This document shows, in pieces, positions 51,651 to 61,735 of a DNA stretch of 61,987 nucleotides. The position numbers were made by a program, and so were the translations under genes. Source of the stretch: Eubacteriales bacterium (GTDB taxonomy: Bacteria > Bacillota > Clostridia > Oscillospirales > CAG-272); NCBI GenBank assembly GCA_045533775.1, contig JAZSIK010000054.1, forward strand, positions 1 to 61,987, given 5' to 3'. The notes beneath the pieces were generated by a model that did no database searches, had not been told where the DNA came from, and was given only the letters and a program-made list of their open reading frames with translations. How positions within the stretch are numbered: the first letter of the stretch is position 1; each line of letters begins with the position of its first letter.

Positions 51651-52057
51651 AGTTTTTTACTCCTTTTTCTTTTATTATATCATAGCAAATCGGCTATGTA
51701 AAGAGAAAAAAACAACTTTTTTGTTGACAAACACCCGGGGAATGCTCAATATTACGCGTGTCATTTTTTCGCCTCTCAAAAAGGGGCGTTTTTTTGTGCA
51801 GTTTGCACAATGAATTATCTCAAAACGGGCAAACATTTGGAAGGGTGGTATACTTACACCGAGGAAAAAATGCTGTATAATGGGCTTGTCAGTGGCGTCC
51901 GGAAGCCAAAACTGACAAAAAAACGAAAGGAAAGCAAGCAATAGCAGATCAGACGGGCAAATCTCCCTCCAAAGCATGCCACCGAGGAGGCAGAGCCACC
52001 GATGGCAGAGAAAAACCGCCCTCCCCCCTCTCCCCTACTGCATATTGCGGTGAAAGG

Positions 52058-52396
52058 ATGACAAAAAAGCCAAAAAGAGCGAAATACTCCCCAAGCCTTG
52101 CGGGGCGGATGTATCTGTTTTTCTGCGATTATGCAGACGTGGGTGCGCCAAGCTTCACCAAGTTTGCAAGGCTGGCGGGGCTGACAACGGCGGACATTGA
52201 GCGATTCCGCTCCCACGAGAGATTTGAGATAGCCTACAACGAGTGCAAGCAGATAAGACGGGACTACCTCATAGATCGGGCGTTGGAAAAGCGGTTTGAC
52301 TCCAGCCTGACAAAATATCTGCTGAGTCTTGACGAGGAGGCGGCGGCAAGAGAGGACATAGGCGACATTCTGGTGCAGCTGGAGGTGAAGGAATGA
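52058..52396 (+). CDS. Phage terminase small subunit (putative)
   Basis: 112 aa, with the HTH-like segment FTKFARLAGLTTADIERF. The stop overlaps the TerL start (ATGA). Confidence 0.6.
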   Translation: MTKKPKRAKYSPSLAGRMYLFFCDYADVGAPSFTKFARLAGLTTADIERFRSHERFEIAYNECKQIRRDYLIDRALEKRFDSSLTKYLLSLDEEAAAREDIGDILVQLEVKE

Positions 52397-53754
52397 AGCT
52401 CACTCTCTCTGTAACCAAAAAGCAAAAATCCTTTATTGACTCCACGGAGTCGGAGGTGCTGTTCGGCGGAGCGGCGGGCGGCGGAAAATCCTACGGGCAG
52501 GCGGTGGACGCACTGCTATTTGCCCTGAGATACCCCGGCTCAAAGCAGTTGATACTGAGGCGGAGCTTCTCCGAGCTTGACAAATCGCTGATACGCACTA
52601 CCCTCGCCCTCTACCCGAGGGAGCTGTACAGCTTCAACTCCTCCAGCCATACGGGCAGATTCAAGAACGGCTCGCTGATTGACTTCGGCTACTGTGCTGC
52701 GGAAAACGATGTCTACCAATATCAGAGCGCGGAATATGACGTCATCCGCTTTGATGAGCTGACCCACTTTACCGAGAGCCAGTATGTCTACCTTATCTCA
52801 AGAGTCAGGGGCGCAAACGACTATCCTAAGCAGGTCAAGTCCTCCACAAACCCCGGCGGCGTGGGTCACAACTGGGTAAAGGCCCGCTTCGTTGACCCCT
52901 CCCCCGCGGGCGAGAGCTTTGTGGGGGATGACGGTATGAGGCGGATATTTATCCCCGCCCTGCTCTCTGACAACCGCTTTCTCATAGAGGGTGACCCCGA
53001 CTACGAGCGGCGACTGCTCGCCCTGCCGGATGCTGAGCGACGTGCTCTGCTCCACGGTGACTGGAACATCTTTGAGGGACAGTATTTCACCGAGTTTGAC
53101 CCGAGGCGTCATATAGTAGAGCCCTTTGAGATACCGAGATCCTGGCGAAAATACAGGACTCTGGACTACGGTCTTGACCGCCTCGCCTGTCTGTGGATAG
53201 CCGTCTCACCCGAGGGTATTTCCTATGTTTACAGGGAGTTTTGTAAACCAAACCTTACAATCAGCCAGGCTGCAGAGGAGATTTTGCGCAGGACACCCAC
53301 GAGCGAGGAGATCTACGCCACCCTCGCTCCCCCTGATCTGTGGCACCGAAGTCAGGAGACGGGAAAGGGCAAGGCGACCCTCTTCTCAGAGTTTGGACTA
53401 AGCTTTACCAAGACCTCAAACGACCGTGAGTGCGGCTGGCTTGCCATAAAGGAGCTGCTGCTTGGCGGTGAGGGCAGACAGAGCGTGAGATTTTTCTCAA
53501 GCTGCAGAGAGATCATAAAATGCCTGCCCGCCCTGCAAAGAGACAGGCTGCGCCCCACTGACTGCGCCACCGAGCCCCACGACATCACCCACGCCCCCGA
53601 TGCTCTGCGCGGCTTTGCCATCTATCACACCCGCCCCGGAGAGAGGACTGCAAAAATAAAATGCAAATGGAGCGCCGATATGTGGGAGGACTATATATCG
53701 GCAGACGAGGCGGGAAAAAAATATCTAAAAAATAAGTATGGAGAACCGAATTGA
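52393..53754 (+). CDS. Phage terminase large subunit
   Basis: Walker A GGAAGGGKS and Walker B VIRFDELTHF. C-terminal nuclease-type region. Confidence 0.88.
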   Translation: MKLTLSVTKKQKSFIDSTESEVLFGGAAGGGKSYGQAVDALLFALRYPGSKQLILRRSFSELDKSLIRTTLALYPRELYSFNSSSHTGRFKNGSLIDFGYCAAENDVYQYQSAEYDVIRFDELTHFTESQYVYLISRVRGANDYPKQVKSSTNPGGVGHNWVKARFVDPSPAGESFVGDDGMRRIFIPALLSDNRFLIEGDPDYERRLLALPDAERRALLHGDWNIFEGQYFTEFDPRRHIVEPFEIPRSWRKYRTLDYGLDRLACLWIAVSPEGISYVYREFCKPNLTISQAAEEILRRTPTSEEIYATLAPPDLWHRSQETGKGKATLFSEFGLSFTKTSNDRECGWLAIKELLLGGEGRQSVRFFSSCREIIKCLPALQRDRLRPTDCATEPHDITHAPDALRGFAIYHTRPGERTAKIKCKWSADMWEDYISADEAGKKYLKNKYGEPN

Positions 53755-55469
53755 AAGAACTGAATAAAGAAACAAAGAAACGATTTGAGTGGCTGCGTGA
53801 GCTATATTCCACCGCTCAGGTGGCTGCCGAGGACACGAGAGATCAGCTGACCAAAAATATGGATCAGTACCTGGGCAGCGACGAGATTGACGGCGGTGAG
53901 CGTGCGGGCGTGGTGAGGAATATCACCTACGAGCTGATTGAGAGCGAGATAAACGCCGAGATACCTCTGCCCAAGGTAGACACCAGCTGTTACAGTACAA
54001 GGCGTGAGGAAAACGCCCGAGCGGTTGAGAGGCTATCGGGCGCCCTCAGAAGCCGTCTGCCCTTTGAGGAGCTGAACGACCGCGACGAGCGATACACCTA
54101 TATTTTGGGCGGCAGCGTCTTTTATGTAGAGTGGGACGGCTCTCAGCAGGACAGCGCGGGCGAGGGCTCTGTCAGGGTGCATCTGCTCTCACCTATGGAC
54201 TTTATCCCCCAGCCGGGAATTGACTCTGTGGAGGATATGGAATACTGCTTCCTCCACTTTACCACCACACGCAGCGAGCTGATCACAAAATACGGTATCA
54301 GCGAGGCGGACGCCGCCCTTGCCGAATGCGAGTTTCTCGCCGACATAGACGATCCCTCGGCAGATGCGGTGGCGGTCATCATCGCCTTCTATAAGGACAG
54401 GCGAGGCCAGGTGGGAAGGCTGGTATTCTCGGGCGAGCTTCTGCTCTCCGACACCCCCACATACTACAAGCGAAAGGCATACATCTGCAGAGAATGTGGA
54501 CATATAGCAAGTGAGTGCGACTGTGCTCTGCCCGATGAGGAATGTCTTGATCTTGAGTACGAAAAGGTGACGCTGCCCAACGGCGAGGAGATCAGAATAC
54601 CCTATTATACCCCCACCTGCTTCCCCATTGTAGTGAGGAAGAACACCCTGGGAGATGGGACTCTGCTCGGCGGCTCCGACTGCGAGAGAATACGCCCCCA
54701 GCAGCAAGCAATAAACAAGGTGGAGTCAAGAATACTCCAGAAGCTGCTCCGCGCAGGAGTGACACCCGTAATGCCCGAGGGAACGGCGGTGACGCTGAAC
54801 AACACCGTCTTTGGTCAGATCATAAAGACCCGCCCGGGAGAGAGTATGGCAAGCTACGGCACCCTGGACACCACCCCCGACATATCCCAGGATATTGAGG
54901 AGGCAGACCGACTCTACGACCAGGCGAAGAGAGTGCTGGGTATTTCCGACGCACTCCAGGGTCTTGACAGCACATCCTCCGAGTCGGGCTATGCAAGGCA
55001 GCTGAAGATCTCCCGCGCCTCCAGCCGTCTGGAGACCAAAAAGCGTATGAAGCACCTGGCATACTGCCGCATCTACGAGCTGATATTCAAGCACTACCTG
55101 GCATTTGCCGACGAGCCCCGACGCTTTGCCTACCGCGACACCCTGGGCAAGATGCACTTCTCGGAGTTCAACCGCTATGACTTCATAGAGCAGGATAAGT
55201 ACGGCAACTACTATTATGACGACTCCTACCTCTTTACCGTAGACACCAACGCAGACGATCATTATAGTCAGGAGACCCTCTGGGAGATAAATCTCACCAA
55301 CCTTGAGCGAGGCACGCTGGGTGAGAAAACAAGCCCCACCACCCTGATGCGCTACTGGCAGCTGCAGGACAAGGCACACTACCCCTACGCAAGAGATAAC
55401 GTGGAATACTTCCAGGATATTATCAACAGAGAGGCGGGTATAGTCGCAAGCGAAACCCAAACAACCTAA
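53751..55469 (+). CDS. Phage portal protein
   Basis: 572 aa. The TTG start overlaps the TerL stop. Position and size are typical. Family not assigned. Confidence 0.7.
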   Translation: MKELNKETKKRFEWLRELYSTAQVAAEDTRDQLTKNMDQYLGSDEIDGGERAGVVRNITYELIESEINAEIPLPKVDTSCYSTRREENARAVERLSGALRSRLPFEELNDRDERYTYILGGSVFYVEWDGSQQDSAGEGSVRVHLLSPMDFIPQPGIDSVEDMEYCFLHFTTTRSELITKYGISEADAALAECEFLADIDDPSADAVAVIIAFYKDRRGQVGRLVFSGELLLSDTPTYYKRKAYICRECGHIASECDCALPDEECLDLEYEKVTLPNGEEIRIPYYTPTCFPIVVRKNTLGDGTLLGGSDCERIRPQQQAINKVESRILQKLLRAGVTPVMPEGTAVTLNNTVFGQIIKTRPGESMASYGTLDTTPDISQDIEEADRLYDQAKRVLGISDALQGLDSTSSESGYARQLKISRASSRLETKKRMKHLAYCRIYELIFKHYLAFADEPRRFAYRDTLGKMHFSEFNRYDFIEQDKYGNYYYDDSYLFTVDTNADDHYSQETLWEINLTNLERGTLGEKTSPTTLMRYWQLQDKAHYPYARDNVEYFQDIINREAGIVASETQTT

Positions 55470-55622
55470 GCTAACAGAAAGGAAAAAATATGAAAAAAAA
55501 GGATAAAAGTGTATATGCAGACCTCAGTATTAACAAAATTACTGCCCCCAATAAAAGCACTAAAGAGCCTGCTGGCAAGAAAAAGGTCGGCGGAGACTTC
55601 AGAATCAAGGGAGGTAAGTGAT

Positions 55623-55889
55623 ATGACCGAAGAGATGACCGCGGCAGAGCAGACCTGCGAGAGCATACCCGATACCGCCGAGGAATACGAGGCGGAGGAG
55701 ACCCGGGACTATGAGCCCTGCCCCAATGTGAGCGGGGGAGGCAAGGCGCATCTGACCGGCAGCGTGCCCAGAGCGGCGAGAGTACCGAGAGGCGCACTCT
55801 CAAAGTCGGAGATGGCAGAGCTGCGCCAGCTTTTCTCAGGCCTTGACGACAGCGAGATACACAGACTCTACAAGAAAGTAACGAAATAA
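55623..55889 (+). CDS. Hypothetical acidic phage protein (possible scaffold-related)
   Basis: ATG 55623 with a strong SD gggagg. A 43-aa Lys-rich ORF (55490-55621) precedes it. The track start at 55509 is judged less likely. Confidence 0.45.
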   Translation: MTEEMTAAEQTCESIPDTAEEYEAEETRDYEPCPNVSGGGKAHLTGSVPRAARVPRGALSKSEMAELRQLFSGLDDSEIHRLYKKVTK

Positions 55890-55914
55890 AAAGCAAAAAA
55901 GAAAGGAAAAAACT

Positions 55915-56982
55915 ATGTTAATTTACTCTAAATCCAGCGGCTACAACGACGCCGCGATAGGCAGACTTGAAACCCCTATCAAAATGTTGATTGAACACCA
56001 GAGCGACCTGCTCACCAAGAAGGGCGGTATATGCGACCAGCTCTTTAACGTTGAGCGCAGCAACAGATTCGGCGAGAGCATTATCGGCGGCTGCGACTTT
56101 GACACCTTCTTAGCCACCGAGGAGGGTGGCGAGCCCACAAAGGACTCTCTCTTTGAGACCTACAACAAGTTTATTGAGCATATCCAGTACTCCAAGGAGT
56201 TCGTTATCACCGCGGAGATGATGGAGGACGCCAACTACGGCGTGGCAACCAGCGCAAAGCAGAGAGCCGAGAACTTTGTCCGCGCATACTACAAGACCAT
56301 CAACAAGATCTGTGAGAAGGCTCTTACCTCGGGCATCTGGACCACCACCAGCTATGCGGGCGCATCCCTTGACCTTACCACCGCTGACGGTATGCCCCTC
56401 TTCTCCAAGGGTCACGCCTGGGGCAACTCTGAGGTAGGCTACGGCACCCAGGACAACTACTTCTGGGGCGACATCTTCGGCACAGGCGATGAGCAGGAGA
56501 GAGTCTACTCCACCGAGACCTTTGAGGCGGCACTCTACACCCTGGCGGGCAAGATCCGCAATATGGTTGACGAAAGAGGCGAGCCCCTGGGCTACACCGC
56601 CGACACCGTTATTATCCCCGGCAACAACCCCAAGCTTGAGACCATCGTAAAGAAGGTATGCGGCTCTCCCGGCGCGCTGGGCAACGGCTACAACGACCTC
56701 AACCTCCACTACGGCAACTGGAACGTGATCGTACTTCCCTCCTGGCAGCCTGACGATATGCGTATTATGGTAATGTCCAGCGAGGCGAACAAGAACCTCT
56801 GCGGCAATATGTTCTTCAACCGTGTGCCTCTCACCGTGACCAACTGGGTGGACAACCACACCGGCAACTATATCTGGAACGGCAGATGCCGCTTTGGCGT
56901 AGGCTTTGGCACCTACAAGCACATTCTTATGGCTGTTGACTCTCCCGCTGAAATCAGCAAGGCGGCTCATATCACCATCTGA
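55915..56982 (+). CDS. Phage major capsid protein (putative)
   Basis: 355 aa with a strong SD. Sits downstream of the portal and a small acidic gene. The call is positional. Confidence 0.6.
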   Translation: MLIYSKSSGYNDAAIGRLETPIKMLIEHQSDLLTKKGGICDQLFNVERSNRFGESIIGGCDFDTFLATEEGGEPTKDSLFETYNKFIEHIQYSKEFVITAEMMEDANYGVATSAKQRAENFVRAYYKTINKICEKALTSGIWTTTSYAGASLDLTTADGMPLFSKGHAWGNSEVGYGTQDNYFWGDIFGTGDEQERVYSTETFEAALYTLAGKIRNMVDERGEPLGYTADTVIIPGNNPKLETIVKKVCGSPGALGNGYNDLNLHYGNWNVIVLPSWQPDDMRIMVMSSEANKNLCGNMFFNRVPLTVTNWVDNHTGNYIWNGRCRFGVGFGTYKHILMAVDSPAEISKAAHITI

Positions 56983-57006
56983 TAAGAGAGAAAGGCAGGT
57001 AAAGTT

Positions 57007-57852
57007 ATGACCTATGAGGAATTATCTGCCCAGCTGGTCATTCTGACCGACGACGACGCGGTGGGCGCATCTCCAAGATTGCTCACCGCAACCAACCTTG
57101 CCCTCTCGGAGCTATACTCCGCCCACGCGGTGCTTAAGACCGTACGCCTTGGCGCAAGAGGTGTAAAGCCCCTGCTCTATCACAGGCAGATCGTGGCGGA
57201 GAACGGCAGAGCCGTTGAGTTTGAGATAGAGGGCCACGCATACAGCTTCAGAATACAGGGCTCCTGCCAGGTGGTTATCACCAACACCAGCGGTATGCAG
57301 AGCTTCTCGGTGGAGTCGGGCGTGGAGGCAAAGACGGTCAAGGGTATTATACCAAAGGGCAGCAAAATGACGCTTTTCGGCAGCTTTACGTTCACCATCT
57401 ACGACTTCTCGGTATACGGGCAGATGTTCTCGCTTGAGGAAGCAGACATACCCGAGCCGGGCAACAAGGCGGTCTTTGATCTGAGGAGGATATTCGGCGA
57501 CTTTATGTCCTTTTATACTCCTGCAGAGGATGGCGCAGGTAACAGGCTTGAAGGATGCCGTCTCTATGACGGAAGGGTGGAGATTGATTCCCACTACAAT
57601 GGCGAGATTCAGATTACCTACCGCCGTCTGCCTACCCTCTGCCTTGGTGACGTGCCCGAGGAGGTTGTTGATGTACCGGGAGAATACGCTCAGGTGCTGC
57701 CTCTCCTGATTGCCTCCTATCTTCTGTCTGACAGCGACGAAAAGCTCGCAGCATACTACAAGAGCAAATACGACGAGATAACCGCTATGATTGACGGCGG
57801 GGGCTACCGCGCCATTGACAGCAGCTATGAGCTGAAGGGCGGCTGGACGTAA
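57007..57852 (+). CDS. Hypothetical phage structural-module protein
   Basis: 281 aa. No domain recognised. Confidence 0.5.
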   Translation: MTYEELSAQLVILTDDDAVGASPRLLTATNLALSELYSAHAVLKTVRLGARGVKPLLYHRQIVAENGRAVEFEIEGHAYSFRIQGSCQVVITNTSGMQSFSVESGVEAKTVKGIIPKGSKMTLFGSFTFTIYDFSVYGQMFSLEEADIPEPGNKAVFDLRRIFGDFMSFYTPAEDGAGNRLEGCRLYDGRVEIDSHYNGEIQITYRRLPTLCLGDVPEEVVDVPGEYAQVLPLLIASYLLSDSDEKLAAYYKSKYDEITAMIDGGGYRAIDSSYELKGGWT

Positions 57853-57860
57853 GGAGGGAT

Positions 57861-58160
57861 GTGCCTATGGATCTTGATCACGAGAGAAGACTGACCGAGG
57901 TGGAGGAACGGGCAAAATCCAACTCCCACCGTCTCAGCGACGTGGAAAAGCGACAGGACAATCTGGACGAGCTGGTCGGTACGGTAAAGGTGCTGGCGGT
58001 CAGAGAAAAACAGGTAGAAGCCGACGTAAAGGAAATCAAGGGCGATGTAAAGTCGCTGGCAGGCAGACCCGCGCAGAGATGGGAGCTGCTGGTGACACAG
58101 ATAATCTCGCTGATTGTGGCGGCGGTCATCGGTTTTTTCTTAGCTAAGCTGGGAATATAG
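57861..58160 (+). CDS. XhlA-like protein (coiled coil plus C-terminal TM)
   Basis: [28 protein letters not shown] coiled coil, then the TM helix [19 protein letters not shown]. The start may be ATG 57867. Confidence 0.6.
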   Translation: MPMDLDHERRLTEVEERAKSNSHRLSDVEKRQDNLDELVGTVKVLAVREKQVEADVKEIKGDVKSLAGRPAQRWELLVTQIISLIVAAVIGFFLAKLGI

Positions 58161-58168
58161 GAGGACAT

Positions 58169-58375
58169 ATGGAAAAATATATACCCTGGCTTCGGGCGGC
58201 GGGAATACGCGCGCTGAGGACCCTTGCCCAGACCGCCATAGCCGGCATAGGCACGGCGGCAATGCTGGGTGAGATAAACTGGGTGGCGGTTGGCTCTGCG
58301 GCTCTTACGGCTGCTATACTGTCGCTGCTGACCAGCCTCGCGGGTCTGCCCGAGCTTGATACAAAAAACCAATAA
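58169..58375 (+). CDS. Phage holin (Dp-1/LL-H-like, two TM)
   Basis: 68 aa. [19 protein letters not shown] and [24 protein letters not shown]. Confidence 0.7.
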   Translation: MEKYIPWLRAAGIRALRTLAQTAIAGIGTAAMLGEINWVAVGSAALTAAILSLLTSLAGLPELDTKNQ

Positions 58376-58384
58376 AACAGAGGG

Positions 58385-58416
58385 CGGAGACGGTAGAAAT
58401 ACCGTCTCCGTTATTG
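58385..58416 (+). terminator. Hairpin terminator after the holin gene
   Basis: Perfect 10-bp stem cggagacggt / accgtctccg, loop agaaat, weak T tract. Confidence 0.6.
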
Positions 58417-58477
58417 ACTTTGCACCTATAATATGGTACAATATTTTTAATAGATTTTCAGAAAAAGGAGGTGCGGT

Positions 58478-60865
58478 ATGAGATACGACAAGGACGCGCA
58501 GCTGTTACGGATATCATTCTCGGAGTTTGTGGCTATTGCCAGACGCGGTATTTCTCCCACCGCATCACCCGACGAGGACGAGCCCGCCATCAGCCCTATC
58601 GCAAGGACCAGGCTCCACGGTATAATCGGTGAGATAGCCGACGAGACTCTGCATTACCGCTTTATAGACGGAGAATACAGCTTTGAGCTGTCGGCGGTGG
58701 TGGAGCGGATACAGAAAAATGAGATAACCATAGCCCGCACCGTACAGGGCAACCCCAAGAAGCCGAAGAAAAACGAGCTGGCTCAGATACGCGGCGAGGG
58801 ATATACCGCGGCGTTTATGCTGGCGCGCGAGCGCGGCTATGACCCATTGAATATCAGATTTATCTACTACGGTGAGGGTCGCGGAGAGGTTTATGAAAAG
58901 ACCGAGACGGTGAGCAAGAAAAAGCTTGACGCCTTCTTTGAAAGGTGCCTTGCAGCCGTGCGTATTTTTGCCGCGCCCGAGATTGACAGGGTGACGCGCC
59001 GACTGCCCTCGCTTGCCAAAATGAAGTTCCCCTACGACAATGTCCGCGAGGGACAGAGCGAGTTTGTGAGAAGCGCCTACCGTACCCTTTCCCGCGGAGG
59101 ATGTCTGTATGCTACGGCTCCCACAGGCACGGGCAAGACTGTTTCGGCTCTCTACCCCGCCCTGCGCGCCCTGGGTGACGGTAGGGTGGAAAAGGTGTTT
59201 TACCTGACCCCCAAGACCACCACGAGAGAGGCAGCCTGCGACTGTCTTAAGCTTATGGCAGAGTCGGGAGCAGATCTGCGGGCGGTGGTCATTACCGCCA
59301 AGGACAAAATATGCCCTATGGGCAACCTCTGCCGCAAGTCATCAAAGCTCTGCCGTCGGTCAAGTCACAATATGATGGCGGAGGCGACCCTGTCGCTGTT
59401 CTGCCTTAACCAGACGGTTATAGATATGGATGATCTGAGGGAAACGGCGTATATCTTTGATGTCTGTCCCTACGAGCTGTCGCTCACCTATGCTGAGCTA
59501 TGCGATGTGGTCATCTGCGACTTCAACTACCTCTTTGACCCCGTGGTATACATCAAGCGATTCTTTACCAAGGGGGGCAAATACGCCTTTCTCGTTGACG
59601 AGGCGCACAATCTCCACGAGAGAGCGAGAGAGATGTACTCTGCCGAGCTGCTTGTGTCCGAGGTCTTTGCGCCCGCGGAGGACTGTATACTCGGCGCCCT
59701 CTCCCCTACCAAAAAGCTGAGCTACAACGCCAGCATCGTTATGGGCGAGGTGCTGCTTCCCTATCTGAAGGACGAGATGTTTACCGACCGAGAGGGCAGA
59801 CTTGTGGGTGGAGTGGCAATATCCGAGATGCCCGCCCGTCTGTACAGCCTCTTTGACGAGCTGCTCTCTGTGGTTGACGATGAGATATCAGTCAACCGCC
59901 GCGCCACCGACACCGAGGCAGATCAGCGGCTCTCCTACCTGCGCGCGTATTATTATAAGCTGAAAAGATTTGCCGACGCAATGGCTCGGTTTGACTCTGC
60001 ATACAAGCTCTTTATCTTCTACGAGGACGGGGATATTCGGGCAAAGATCTTCTGCCTTGACACCGCCCCCGCGATCCGCGAGGGATTGAACAAGGGACAG
60101 GGCGCCGTGCTCTTCTCTGCTACTCTCTCACCCCTGCCCTACTACCGCGCGGTGCTGGGCGGCGACAGGTCTGACGATGTACTGGAGGTAAGCTCTCCCT
60201 TTGACCCCTCTCAGCTCTCGGTCTGCATTATGGATAAGATAAGCACCAGGTATTCCGAGCGGGATAAGACTCTACCCTCGGTGTGTCGGGCAGTGGCTGC
60301 AACCGTATCTTCCAAGCGGGGCAACTATATGGTGTTCTGCCCCTCCTTTGAATACTGCTACAAGCTGAGCAAGATATTCAGCGACAAGTACCCCAAGATA
60401 AAGGTCATCTGCCAGACGCCCAATATGTCACAGAAGGAGAAGGATGAGTTCCTTGACAGCTTCAGACAGAGCGGCGGCAGCTATCTCATAGCCTTTTGCG
60501 TTATGGGTGGCATATACTCCGAGGGCATTGACCTGGCGGGAGATGAGCTGATCGGCGCGGTCATCGTGGGCATCGGTATGCCGGCACTCTCCTTTGAGCG
60601 AGAGGCGATCGCCGCCTACTATGAGGAAAAATATGAGGAGGGCAAGCAGTACGCCTATATTTACCCGGGTATGAACAGGGTGTTCCAGGCGGCAGGACGA
60701 GTGATTCGCCGCGAGGATGACAGAGGTGTTATCGTGCTGATAGACGACCGCTTTGACGACCCGATATACAAAAAAAGCCTGCCAAAGCTATGGGAGGGTG
60801 TATCCTTTATCGGCGACGCAAAGGAGCTGCGAGAGGAGCTGGACTCCTTCTGGGCGGGAAATTGA
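58478..60865 (+). CDS. DinG/Rad3-family (DEAD_2) ATP-dependent helicase with an N-terminal extension of about 190 aa
   Basis: ATAPTGTGKT, DEAHNL, VLFSATLSP, and C-terminal GIYSEGIDL...FQAAGRVIRRE. Confidence 0.85.
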   Translation: MRYDKDAQLLRISFSEFVAIARRGISPTASPDEDEPAISPIARTRLHGIIGEIADETLHYRFIDGEYSFELSAVVERIQKNEITIARTVQGNPKKPKKNELAQIRGEGYTAAFMLARERGYDPLNIRFIYYGEGRGEVYEKTETVSKKKLDAFFERCLAAVRIFAAPEIDRVTRRLPSLAKMKFPYDNVREGQSEFVRSAYRTLSRGGCLYATAPTGTGKTVSALYPALRALGDGRVEKVFYLTPKTTTREAACDCLKLMAESGADLRAVVITAKDKICPMGNLCRKSSKLCRRSSHNMMAEATLSLFCLNQTVIDMDDLRETAYIFDVCPYELSLTYAELCDVVICDFNYLFDPVVYIKRFFTKGGKYAFLVDEAHNLHERAREMYSAELLVSEVFAPAEDCILGALSPTKKLSYNASIVMGEVLLPYLKDEMFTDREGRLVGGVAISEMPARLYSLFDELLSVVDDEISVNRRATDTEADQRLSYLRAYYYKLKRFADAMARFDSAYKLFIFYEDGDIRAKIFCLDTAPAIREGLNKGQGAVLFSATLSPLPYYRAVLGGDRSDDVLEVSSPFDPSQLSVCIMDKISTRYSERDKTLPSVCRAVAATVSSKRGNYMVFCPSFEYCYKLSKIFSDKYPKIKVICQTPNMSQKEKDEFLDSFRQSGGSYLIAFCVMGGIYSEGIDLAGDELIGAVIVGIGMPALSFEREAIAAYYEEKYEEGKQYAYIYPGMNRVFQAAGRVIRREDDRGVIVLIDDRFDDPIYKKSLPKLWEGVSFIGDAKELREELDSFWAGN

Positions 60866-60923
60866 CCCGACGAAAGCAGAAGCGCAGTTATAAATATTCT
60901 TTCGGAATCTGACAAAAAGAAAG

Positions 60924-60957
60924 CTCCCGACACAAAAGATGTGTCGGGAGTTGTTTA
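60924..60957. terminator. Bidirectional terminator between convergent genes
   Basis: Perfect 10-bp stem ctcccgacac / gtgtcgggag, flanked by A-rich and T-rich runs. Confidence 0.75.
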
Positions 60958-60970
60958 TTTAATTAATAAA

Positions 60971-61735
60971 TCACTCAGCGTCGGGGGAGTAGGACTGCGC
61001 GTCTGCGCTCTCTCCTGCGTAGAACTGACCGTCGGGTTCTGCGGAGGCATTAAGGTTCTCGTGCTTCTTCATGATCTCCTCATAGAACGCAGCCTGTACA
61101 AGACCGAGGAAGAGAGGAAGGATCATACCTGCGAAAAGATTGATGAAGAAGAAGATAAAGCTGATAAGACCGCCGATGAAGGCAAGCTCATCGCTGATGC
61201 CGAAGAATAAGCTGGAAAGGAAGCCGCCAACAAAGCTGATAGCCACAACTATCAGGGACGCAAGAAGATCTGCGCCAAACATCTTACCCTTGTAGCCGAG
61301 AGTACGGCTCTCAGAAACCTTGTGAGCGTCGGTGATCTTCACATCGGGCTCAAGAACAAGGATATAGGGGGTGAGACGGTAAGCATAGGCCTTTACGATA
61401 GCGATGATGGGACCGACAACGGGAATAAGAGCGTAGAGGAATACCCACAGAGCCATCCAAGCCATACCGCCGATGGTACGCTTTGCAGTCTGACCGTCCT
61501 TCAGGCACTCAAAGAGATCGGCAGCCTGGGGCTCCTTACCTCTGTAACCGTAAAGGTAGATCATAGTCATAGAAGTATTGATAGCAAGATTGATAGCAAG
61601 CGAAACACCGGGCACGCCGATAAAGAGAGCGGAGAAAATTGTGTTAAGAAGAATAGCAAGGAGAGAGATACCCCAAAGCTTAAAGGGCTTCTTCATAACA
61701 ACTGCGAACGCCTGCTTATAGATTTTAGAAATCAT
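60971..61735 (-). CDS. Polytopic membrane protein (DUF975-like?)
   Basis: ATG 61735 with SD gaggtg. The 78-codon upstream extension in the track ORF was trimmed. Five or six TM helices and an acidic C-terminal tail. Confidence 0.6.
   Translation of the reverse strand: MISKIYKQAFAVVMKKPFKLWGISLLAILLNTIFSALFIGVPGVSLAINLAINTSMTMIYLYGYRGKEPQAADLFECLKDGQTAKRTIGGMAWMALWVFLYALIPVVGPIIAIVKAYAYRLTPYILVLEPDVKITDAHKVSESRTLGYKGKMFGADLLASLIVVAISFVGGFLSSLFFGISDELAFIGGLISFIFFFINLFAGMILPLFLGLVQAAFYEEIMKKHENLNASAEPDGQFYAGESADAQSYSPDAE

Larger units (their letters stand above)
52058..58375 (+). mobile_element. Tail-less prophage remnant (packaging and head genes joined directly to XhlA-like and holin genes)
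   Basis: TerS, TerL, portal, capsid, then lysis-associated genes. No tail, protease, integrase, repressor or endolysin ORF in the window. GC looks like the host. Confidence 0.7.

Noticed and set aside
51675-52216. Minus-strand ORFs 51675-51977 and 51854-52216 upstream of and overlapping the terminase small subunit
   Set aside because: No SD and odd composition (Cys/Phe/Arg-rich). One overlaps the TerS start. The region is more likely to be the promoter/leader region of the phage module.
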